The position numbers were made by a program, and so were the translations under genes. Positions 26,233-37,057 of a DNA stretch of 64,000 nucleotides are shown piece after piece. The DNA lies in assembly GCA_009103225.1 (NCBI GenBank), contig RHPI01003642.1:1231099-1295098 (forward strand), written 5' to 3'. Within the stretch, counting starts at the first letter, position 1. Every line of letters starts with the position of its first letter. The notes under the pieces are model-generated. The model saw only the letters and a program-made list of their open reading frames with translations, was not told the origin of the DNA and ran no database searches. Source of the DNA: Chlorokybus atmophyticus. Taxonomy: Eukaryota; Plantae; Mesostigma and Chlorokybus algae.

Positions 26233-29200
26233 GGGTCAAGTCCCCTAATTTGGGAACGGCCCCTTATTTGGGGATTAGCCGTTTTTAGCTGATAGCTACC
26301 GGCCTGTGGAGTATTTGCCGGCCATATTATAGGTTTGGGCAGGTATGATTGATACGCGTCTAACGAGCCTTTAACATTGGCAAACGGATCAGCGTGGCGG
26401 GGGATTGAATTTCCAAAGTTGGTAAATTTTGTGGTTCAAACGGTGTAGTAACACCATGAAGTTTTCAACTTAATAACTCTGGCATGTGATATGCAAATTG
26501 GATGATTGTTTTTTTGTTGGGTTTGTATAGGGTATAGGACCTTATTCATCAAGTTTCATGCTATTCCGCGCGGAAATGCACTAGTTACAAAGTTCACACT
26601 TTTGGGGTGTAACGCAACGACACAACCAAAAAGTGAAGTTGGTGATTGTTGCCTTGGTGAGTGTTAGAACTGGTTTGGGCTCCGTGTATGTGTATGTATT
26701 GCAGTTTGCAATGCCTCATGCACTCACTAGTTGAGTGTTGGTGGCATTTCAGTTGTTTGCTAGCTGTAGGCTAAGGTGTGAGGGGGTGAGATAGTTTGAG
26801 TGAGGTGTGCTGGTGCAGAGGAGACAAGAGCAGTCAGAGAGTTGTACGCATTAGCTGTGTTGCAAAGGAGTTGTATACACTGCTACAAGGTCAGCTAGCC
26901 AGCTCAAGTCCTACCCTATGGTACAAAGCAGCACGCAAAAGGTGGGTGTGTTGCATTTGTCAGCCACTTTGTCATCACTGTGGCACAAGGCCACTCAGAC
27001 CACCCTGTTGCATCATGCTGTTGATACTGCAACTCTCAGGGTAAACGTGTCAAGGCCAAGACACCTCTGGCCAAGAAGAGAAGGAGAAGCCACAACAGCT
27101 ACAGCGGCATGCTGGAGGACATCCAGCGTGCTGTAGCCTCCATCAACCAGGGCTGTATGCGTGTTGCTGATGCTGTCAAGGACCTTGGCATCCCGGACAC
27201 CACCATGCGTCACTTCGTTGCACAACCACACACCATCCCCGAGTACAAGTGAGTTGAGGCTGTAGGTGCTGCTGTGCTGGTTCAGCAAGTCAAGACAAGT
27301 TAGTTAGTGACATGTGTATACAGGTTTGCTGGCGCTCCCACCATCTTTAGTGATGTTGAGGAGACTGGCCTAGCAGAGTTTGTCAAGGGTCGTAATGGGT
27401 GGGGTCGTGGCATGACGTGGACAGAGATTGGTATGGAAGCAGGCAAGAGGCTAGTAGGAGATGACAGAGCCAAACTGCTAAAGGGAGGGGTACTTGGGAA
27501 GAGGTGGTTCGCTGGCTTCAAGCGGAGGAAGCGGTTGGTCACCAGGAAGGCAGAGCCCCTCGACAAGTCCAGAAGAGTCTCCCTCAACAAACATGTCGTG
27601 TACCACTACTTCCAGCTGCTGGCTGAGCCTGTGCAGCAGCTGGGGGTTGGTCCGGATAGGATCATCAGCGTTGATGAAGTTGGCATCGAACCAGATACGG
27701 CCATGCAGAACCAGCGCATCATCTGCGAAAGGTAAACAAGTTAGTCATGCATTGGTTACACGCATACGCGCACACACACATGCGTTCAAACACAACATTA
27801 CTAACTTACATGTTTTGCACAGCGGGGCAAAGTGGGCACAAGCTGCAACTACAGGCAGCAGGGAGCACATCACCCTTATGTGTGCAGTCACCGGAGCTGG
27901 TGTCGCTGCCCCTCCCCTTGTCATTGTCAAGGGCCAACGCCTCACAGTGGATGCCAAGGACTTTGATGTACCTGGAGCAAGATTTGCAGCACAGGAGAAC
28001 GCATGGATGACAACGGAGATCTTCGAGTTGTGGATCAGGGAGTTGGTGAAGTGGTATCCCGGAGGAGTTAGCCCTTCCAACCCTGCACTGTTAGTGGTGG
28101 ACGGACATGTGAGCAGATGCAACTGCAGCATGATCCGCTATGCACAAGATAAGGGCCTCCACATCCTCATGCTGCCACCCCACACAACACATCGTCTTCA
28201 AGTGCTTGATGTCAGCTGCTTCCACCCCTTCAAGGAAGCATATAGGAAGGAGTATCGCCTGCGCCAGGAGACAAGATACAACTTTGACCTCAGTAGGAAG
28301 GAGTTCCTGAAGCTGCTGGTGAAGCCTTACTACGCTGGGTTGTCCCCTGCAAACATTATCGCTGACTTCCGGGCATGTGGACTCTTGCCCCTCAACACAC
28401 ATGCACTGGACAAGTACTTCACAGACAAGCAGCTGGCACCACCACCTCCTGGTCTGTTTGCTCTATTGAAGGCGATCGACAATGGCGATAAGGAGGATGA
28501 CAACAACAACACAGAGGATTGCAGCCCCAACACTGAAGCGCCAGCTAAACGAAAGCGTGGCATCAAAACTGCACACCTGCTGACCAGCAACGAGATAGCA
28601 GCAGGGATTGAGAGACAGGACCAAGCCAAGGTTGACAAGGCAGCAGCAGTGCAAGCACGCAAGGAGGCTGCCAAGCAGAAAAAGGAAGAAGCTGTGCATG
28701 ATGCAGCAGCAAAGGCAGAGAGGGTGCAAACAAAGAAGAAACAGGCTGCCTGAAAGAAGATGCTGGCTGAGAGAGAGAAAGCTGCCAAGACTCAAGCCAA
28801 GCAGGACGCAGAGAAGGAGTGACAGCAGGAGCAAGCACAGCAAAGGCAACAAGCACAACAAGCAGAGCAAACAGAACAACAGCAGCAAGAGAGAACTGCA
28901 AAGGAGGCAACCGAGCTGTGGATGCGCTACGAGTGGGCTCCCATGCAATGCAACAACCAATTGGGAGACCCCCTGTGGGACTATGCTGAGGGCTTCGCCG
29001 AGCGCCATCTCCGCCCAGACCCTGCCCCCCATGCACAGGCCAAGGAGGCGGGCCTCCGCTGGAGACAGTGGCCAAGGGAGCGACACATACACAAGAGACC
29101 ACCCCGCTAGAGTCCTAGACTTAGACAACTTTGTAGACCTAGTTTGCCTTGACTCACACACCCTGTACATACACATGCATGCATGCAAGACCTTTGTGCT

Positions 29201-29688
29201 CTGCTGTGCGCCTGATGCCACCCATACCCACACCGATGACGCCGCCGCCCGCTTGCTTGCAACCTTGCAACTGACACAAGGTTTCCCGCCAAGGCGGCGC
29301 AGCTTGGCGGGAACAAACCGCCTGCAAGCAATAGCCTGCACATCACACCCATCACAGCCTGCCCCCCAGCCTACTAGCTGGCTGCCGCCACTTCACAATG
29401 GCTGCGGCCAGCAGGTTGATGGCACTCAGGAATGGCTGACAGCGCCCATCAGCCTTTCTCGAGTCACCAAATTAGGGCACGCGCACCCTTGGGGTCAGAC
29501 CCTCTGCACCCCCTACTTTTGCGCGGTGTATCTGACACGATACCGCGCGAAAAATGTGAAAAAAAATATCACTGTGTAGCCTATAATTTCAGCTATCAGC
29601 AACTATACACATTACCGCCATCAACCCTATCAGTCAAGCACAATTTACTTAAAACCTCAAATTATCCCCAAAATAGGGGACTTGACCC
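26233..29688 (+). mobile_element. pogo/Tigger-type (DDE_1) DNA transposon, copy B
   Basis: TIRs GGGTCAAGTCCCCTAATTTGGG / GGGTCAAGTCCCCTATTTTGGG, with TA at 26231-32 and 29689-90. Confidence 0.92.
26918..29110 (+). pseudogene. pogo transposase B; catalytic core intact, two TGA stops in the C-terminal tail
   Basis: MVQSSTQK|GKRVKAK...GIPDTTMRH...EYK|RFAGAP...SVDEVG...ICER|GAKWAQ...LLVVDGH...LPPHTTHRLQVLD. TGA at 28751-53 and near 28820; the frame then continues as ...LWMRYEW...RWRQW to 29110. Confidence 0.85.
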
Positions 29689-29690
29689 TA

Positions 29691-32600
29691 ACAGTCGGAG
29701 AGCCAACGCTTTCCTGGCAGCATGAAAATCGCGGTATGTCGCCCGCATCATCGCAAAGTCGACGCGTGCTGCTTGATTTTGGAGTATGGCAGTCGACGTT
29801 GATTGCAATTTTGTCGATGACAGTGCGTTTGTGTTGTCATCGCTCGTGATCGCTGACAAGCGTGACAAGTCAATGTAAGTGTGTCGCGCAATCGACGTTC
29901 AGTGACGGTAGTTTGCATTAGTTTTGGACAGTCGCTGCTGCCAGTTGCTTCGGCTATGTGTTTCAAACTTTGTTTCTGGAGGGCTGAGTTTGTATGTATG
30001 CTTAGCGGCGGTAGTGTTGTGGGTGTGAGTGTAGGCGACGGTGATGTCCACCGCGGAGGCCTCTGAGGATGTCGCAGCTGGTGTGTCTGATGGTGTAGAT
30101 GTATGTACGCCGTCAGTGGGTGTGGATGGTGCTGCTCCTAATGGAGGCGTTGTGGGCGGGTCTGGTGGCATGGAAGACCACTCCAAGAACAAGTGGAAGA
30201 TGGAGCAGCAGCAGAGCGCTAAGCATGGGCGAGACATGCAGAAGGGATTTGTGGAGCAGCTGCGGAAGGACTGCAAGATGCCAGAGCAGACACATGCCAA
30301 TGTTATTTACCTGCTAGCGCTGACATGTGGACGCACGTGGCATATGGCTGATGATCGCAGAGGGGCAGTGTTGCAACCCTTGTGTCCTCATCATATGCCT
30401 GTCGCTGTGGGATCAGAGCCACTCGCCTCTCCCCCCGTCAACTACAGCCACATAGGTAGCCAGCCGGTGACTGATGTTGTGTTTGTGTGGTACGTGGCAT
30501 TAGCTGCTGAAGGCAGGGTGTGTACACAGCATGTGTGATTAGCTGACACGTGTTGAACTTATAGTCAGCGGCGGACTGCTGCTAGCAACAGCAAGAGAAC
30601 GTGGACCCCAACCGCCATAGAAGGCATAGTAGGCAGTCCAGTTATGGGAGGGAGCGACGTGGGTCTGCTGAGCGGCGCAGGAATGCAGTGGCAAGGCGAG
30701 AGGCTTTGGAGGGTTTGGGACTCCATGTGGATGATTCTTGGTCTGATTCTGGAGGTGATTGTGGTCGCGCTTACCGGATTTCTTAGTCATGCTGGCTAGG
30801 CTGTTAGTGGCAGGGTGTACATTAACATTGTGATCTTGTATCATTAAGTTAATGACATGTGTAGCAGCTGTTGCTGAACATGATTCTGATGTGAAGCACA
30901 TCATGCTTGTGGTTTGATTTGCTGTGTACTGTTGCTGAATGAGGCTGTTGCTGGCTTGTAGATGGTGACGCGGAGATTGACATGCCTTGTAATTCTCATG
31001 CTAGTGCATTTACGCCAGATCAGGTGTGTCATGCGTGTATCAACTGGCAAGCAATGCTCAGTGCAGTAGCAAGCAATGCAAATGGTATGGTTTGCAAACG
31101 CATGTGCGTATGCAGCGGTGAAAATCAAGGCCTAGACGCACTAGTGGGGTATGTATGTCCCCGTCTCCAGAGATGTTGCGTATGAAAGAGAAGCTCGCGT
31201 CATTGTTAATGCAAGTGGAGGATGCTGATGCTGTCAACCAAGACATTTCTCAAGAGTCAAAGGAGTTGCGGAGAGAGCTGCGTGCTGCTGATGAATGCAA
31301 TGCTGAGCTGCAGTCGAGCATATTAGCTTTGCAGCAGCAGGTGGATGGCTTTGATGGTGAAACACACAATCTCAAGCAAACAGTGAACATACAGTGATTT
31401 TGGATGTTGGCTGCACATGTTGTGTTGTTGTCACAGTCATGCACTACAACGCAGGTTACGATGCCAATACTAAGCACAGAACAGCACTTGGAGTGCCTGC
31501 CAGTACAGGTGTGTATGTAGCTTTTCACACCATAACTCGAAATAGCTGAAGTGAAGCACTGTTGGTGGCACAAGCCACAATGGTCAGTTACGGGATGATG
31601 CATGCGTTGAACTCATGCAGGATGTGCAATGTGCAGGCACAGAGATTCAGGACCTACAAGGAGATGCAGCTAAGTGTGCCAAGCGTGGAGCCACCTCCAC
31701 AACTTCCACCTCTCCCTCGCATGCATAGACCCTTGCTGCTCAGCACGCGCATCACAACACTCACAGAAGCAGAGGACCAGGCAATGGGCGAGTTGTTGCG
31801 TACACTGCATACCACTATGCTGCGGCATATGTGCAACAAGGACTTGCTGAAGATGCCACTCAAAGAGTGCATGTACGGTGCTGAGCAAGACCACCCAGTG
31901 CCGAGCACAGTGCACTACCTCCCTCTGCTACCTTGTAGCCCGGACAAGCCTGACAACCTGAGGCAGGCGCTGCTTGAAATGGCAAGGCACTTAGGCATAG
32001 ACAAGAGTACTCAGCACGTCATTGTGACGGGAGATCAGAAACCAGTTTACCTGATGCACCAGTTTAAGCGCTCTGAGCCAGGGTATTGGGACTGGCTTCT
32101 CCCATATCCAGGAGACTGGCATTGCATGTACAACATGATTCCCACCATCCTCCAGACTCTGTGGGACGCTGATATGGAGGAATGAGCAGTGGCTTGTGGC
32201 TTCCCTGCTGGACCTGCGTGACACATATTAGTGGAGGGCAAGAACTGGAAAAAACTGAATCTGTTCCTCCCGGGCTTGGTTGAGGGCTTGTACATTCCAT
32301 TGATTACCATTTCCAAGCTGCAAGCCCGAGAGACGCTTTGCTGCTGGACTTTGATACGCCAGTTGACAACGAAACAAGTATGAAGCACTTGCAAAACTTT
32401 GTGGCATATGGCAATCTCAGAGCAGAGCGAGACCCCACTTGGAACCTGTGGTGGCAACTTACAACACGCGATGGGTTCGCTTACCTGGCATTGTATTAGG
32501 CCTTGAGGACAGCTAACTGGCACCTGCGCACTGCAGCTATCAAGGGTCTTGCACCATTAGCTTTCGCATGGGACAAACCACACTACCAGAAGCTCATTCT

Positions 32601-35600
32601 CAGCACCTATGGGACTTGCAACACATGCCAATAGAGCTTGTGCAGCATTTGCAAGCTGGTGCTTTGTGGTGTCTGTCACTGGAACAGCCACAACGAGCCT
32701 TGCGAGTGACGAGGCACACAAGTCATTAATCAACAAGGCCCTGAAACTTTGCTTGAGCAGGCCCACGGAGGACTTCATGCGATGCAAGACGTCACATCCA
32801 CCATATAGAGCTGGTGTGGTGAAGGAAGTGGTTCATGTGCTGGACCCACGAGATGCCGCGCATATGACTATGGCCCCTAGCACTGCCCGCCACCATGGAG
32901 GCGCTCGAAGGAACATGGAAAAAGCATGCTGTCACTGCTGCACAATGCCAATGCTTTGGAATAGGAAGACCAAGAGTTGCAACACTTGGTAACCCACATA
33001 CCTGCCAGCGCAGTGGCTGCGGCAGACCTCGCACGACATCACATGCTGGGCCAAGACCAGTTTGACACATATGTTATAGATGTTCACTCCAAAGAGGTGC
33101 ACGGACACAAGATTGGACGGCGATTTGCTCTGAAGATCATGAGCAAGAAACATCAATAGCCGAAAAAGAGCAACACATCAGCAAAGGACAGGCGAAGGCA
33201 AACACTGATCTTCAAGAAACTGGCTCAGAGTGGTGGCAACGTCAACACATGTATTGCCAACTACACCGAGAATTCACATGCCTTGTTTGGTGATGACGGC
33301 GGAATGCGAAAAGGTGACAAGGCCAAGTTCTTGGTGGACTTGTACGAAGGATGCCCTCAGTCTCAGCTATCACAGTTCCCAAGTGGGGTGGAGTGCGTGA
33401 TTCTCGAGGGAATGTTCATCATCAACCGGAACCCACTTCAATCAGCACGCACATTTGAAGACTACCTTCACCAGACACTCATTGCATGGGTGCTCCCCCG
33501 TCTCCACTCAACTGCACTGCGCAGCTTTCACATTGTCTTCGATGACCCTGCACACTCCACAGGGGTCAAGTTGTCAATTTAGCAGCGCAGAGATGGTGGC
33601 ACCCAGCGTAGCCAGTGCGCATTGTGCAAAATGGATGAAATCCGTAGAAGCTGGCGAGGCCTGCTGAAAGATCGCTTACTAAAACGAAGCCTCTGCAACC
33701 TCATCACTGAATGGCTACCAAGGATGGCAGCCCCATACCTACGCGAGGGTCAAGAGTTAGTGATAGCTGGAGGCAGCGACACTCCTCACCTGAAGCACAA
33801 AGCAGTGGTCGTTGGAAGAGAAGGGGATGTCGCCTTCAGTGTGGCGGACGAGTACACATGCAATCATGCAGAGGCAGACTCCAGAGTCTGGTTGCACGCC
33901 TTCACATGACAGCACCAGTCAGTGCTTGTTCTCTCCCGACACTGACACCAGCCTCATAGGGTTGGGTGCAATTGAGCAAAATGCAAATGCGATGCAAAAG
34001 ACAGTGTACATGCAGTTGACTTCAAGCGGCAGCAGCAGCAGCAGCAGCAGGACTCCGTACCCAGACCTCACTGAGGTCTACACCCACCTCAACCGAGTTC
34101 TTCAATTGAGACTGGTGCCAACAGACCAGTGTGCAAAGTTCTTGCTCAGCTTCTACGCTGTGACTGACAGCGACTACACATCATACTTTGCCGGTATTTT
34201 CAAGCATTACTTTTTAACAGAGGTCATGAGCAAGGAATCAGTCTTCATCATAGGGGGTCAGACATCATGCAATGGGGATCTCACTCCAACATACCTTAGA
34301 TTGGTGGGCTGCGCCTACATTACGAAGCATAAGAACTGTTTCCCTTCCACCAGTAACGCCACTGCCCTATTCATGACACATGCGGTGCAAACGCTGTGGC
34401 TGACTCCATCTGCAGCCTCACACCATGGCTGCAACGAATTGCACAACAGATTTGGGACAAGACAGCAGACAACAAGGATGACATGCCCTCTGTCACAGCG
34501 TTGCTTCAACATTGCAAACGCTCGTCCTGGGTGATCGGTATGTGGTGGCAAATGTGCCAGCACACAATCACAGTTCCACCCTTGGAAGAACATGAATACA
34601 CACAAGAGCAAGGAGTGTTCAAGGCTGTTATGGACACGCAAGATGCCATGGCTGCAGCAAGAGGAAGGGCATCTCTAATCCTGCATGGTTGTTCATGCAA
34701 GAAGGCACAGTGCTGAGGCAAGCAATGCAAGTGCAGAAAGAGTGGACAGACATGCACAGCAGCATGCTCATGCATATACTGCGAGAACACCTGCGAGTCA
34801 ACGAACACACAGCATGAAGTCAACCCAGCCACATTCACCAACACAAAAGCAACGAACACTGAGCTAGACAGCACGTGGTCAGGGCAGGAGACTGATCTGC
34901 CCTCAAGCGACTCAGAGCTCCATGTCACAGCTGAGGAAGACACAGAGTGGCTACACACAACCTGTTGGACGCAGACCCCGCCCTGTGATTTGTGCATAGG
35001 CATTCAGCACATAATGCCCCATACAATATGTCTATATGGATATATGCATTACACTGTGCCCCACTGAGTGTAACGCTCTTTTGCAGCTAGTCATGCTTGA
35101 ACACGGACATGCTGGCAGCACGGTGCGCGCTAATAATGCACTGCATGCATGCCAATCCCCATGACATCACAGAGCATACAACTTGCAAAATATCATTTCA
35201 GGCAAGCAAATTCAACAGCGTACGCATACACACAGCCAACCTTAGGCAAAATAAGCCAAGCCACTTAAGAGCACGACTATACCTTCTACTCTACACTTAC
35301 CAGGTCTCATGCTAACAGTAACCTCCACGCCTGGAGGGAGAAGGACAGCCAGAGCGCGGATCAAGTTCGGCTGCGTTCCACCGCTATGCACCTCCTAATC
35401 CTCCATCGTCACCTGCTCGTACCGATCATTGCCCAACGGGATGACACCCCTCCAGCGACCACGGGACTGCACAGCCGCATCCCACAACCCCTCCGCCACA
35501 TCGCCTTGCATGCTGGCAGCGAGCGTAGCAACAAAATCAACGCCGCCGTCAACGCCACCCTCCGGCTCCACACCCACAGCCTGCTGGTCTGGCGCAGTCA

Positions 35601-36004
35601 TCCTTAGCGTCGCACGGTGCCAACAACTACCCCACCACCAGCAACAACCTCACCGCCTCGGTCGCCGCTGAGCTCACACAAACTCGCCACAACCACCCCG
35701 CTAACAACTAGCCCTAACACAAGCCAACAGCGATTGCGGCAACACGTCGATTCACGTCAACACTCGTCACAATGCGTCATCAAACGCTGACACAAAACTT
35801 TTTAAAGCCGTAAACAACGTCACTGTTAACGTCACAGCCTGCCGACTGACGACGCTGACAGCGACCCCAAAAGGCCGACATGAAAACCGCCTCTCACGAC
35901 CATCGACGCCAACAGCCATCGAGTCACCGTCAGCTAACATCGATGTGGCGCTACTCCCAGGCTGCAAGGATCTCAGGGGCAAGTTGCGTTGGCTCTCCGA
36001 CTGT
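29691..36004 (+). mobile_element. Academ (AcademX)-like DNA transposon, degenerate
   Basis: Perfect 19-bp TIR ACAGTCGGAGAGCCAACGC (29691-29709; reverse copy 35986-36004), flanked by TA on both sides. Encodes transposase, XPG/PIN-like and Cys-rich remnants. Confidence 0.8.
31640..34800 (+). pseudogene. Academ-type transposase + XPG/FEN-like nuclease + Cys8 finger, with many stops and frameshifts
   Basis: VHYLPLLP...VIVTGDQKP...LPYPGDWHCMYN; ALRTANWHLR; SDEAHKSLINK; VILEGMFII...FHIVFDDP; HAEADSRVWLH; SPDTDT; DSDYTSYFAG; QHCKRSSWVIGMW; CSCKKAQC*GKQCKCRKSGQTCTAACSCIYCEN. This domain order matches the established AcademX architecture. Confidence 0.78.
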
Positions 36005-37057
36005 TAAGCAAGTCGCGACCCATCGATAATGGTACTTATAAAGTGACTATTTACGATGTTAATGGATCGAGAAACAACGACCACAGAATTCGTGTGCAAG
36101 GCAGGAATCGAACCTAGGTCTCAAGCTCCGGTGACCAATGTCACAACCCACTCAACCACAAAAGACTTAATGCTTTTATGGTCGATTTGTGGTAATACAA
36201 TGTACCTTCCCGTTACAGCGAGAGATTGAAGAGTCACACGCACACGCACACGCGCACGCACGCACGCACGCACGCACGCGCACACACACACATACACACA
36301 CTGCACGCACGCACGCTGACTCTTAACCTCTCCATTTCTCTTTATATTCATGCCTCTTTGAGCAGGTGTGTTATTATTGCTACCGTCTATGGTGCACTGT
36401 GTGTGGCATGGTAGGAGTTGGGGCTGGGTGGAAATAGGTATGTGTAACAGCATGGTATTTGTTAGTTGCGACATGTGCGTGTCAATGTTAATGATGCTAT
36501 GTTGCGTTGTGGGTTTCTTAACACCTGTGTTTGGTTGATTACACTTAGTGTTGTCGTATTTGGTTGTGTATGTACTCTTTGCAGGTTGTGTGTTGGGTTT
36601 GTTTATTGACACGCGACATGCGTGCGTGAGTGACACGCATGCTAGCATACGCATCGTCACGTTGCATACCAATGCAATCGCAACTACACATACATATTCA
36701 CACACATGTGTGTGAGTATATGTGTGTACATATATATGCTTATTATGTGTACAGGTGTACTTAATAATGAGCCGAAGCTTGTACCACACGGAATCGCAAC
36801 TTATGAGTGACCACTACAGGAATATGGCCCTCGCAGTTGCACAGCCGACGGCCTAGAACTCAACACGTGGGCAGTCTGAAGGGCTCACCCTCGATATACG
36901 CATAACCTCGGTTGATGTTGGCCGTGTCCATTATAGACCGCACTCGTGACAGGTCGATTGCGCAGGGTCGCTATCAAAATTGCGACGCTCAGACGCAGCA
37001 CAAGATATCGCCTCAATAGATTTGTGCTTCAAGCAAGTAGCAGCGGCCTGGGTGGCG

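Larger units (their letters stand above)
22575..36217 (-). mobile_element. TRIM family 1 (non-coding mini LTR retroelement, ~534 bp when empty) carrying three nested DNA transposons
   Basis: TG...CA LTRs at 22575-22654 and 36139-36217. Identical 5-bp TSD GCGAG at 22570-22574 and 36218-36222. PBS TGGTCACCGGAGC follows the 5' LTR; a G-rich PPT (22655-22662) precedes the 3' LTR. The internal sequence matches the copy at 59052-59410. Confidence 0.92.

Noticed and set aside
36085-36170. tRNA gene or tRNA-derived SINE suggested by A/B boxes
   Set aside because: No acceptor stem or 7-nt anticodon loop can be formed. The boxes lie in a TG...CA LTR/PBS context with a 5-bp TSD and PPT, so it is a TRIM.
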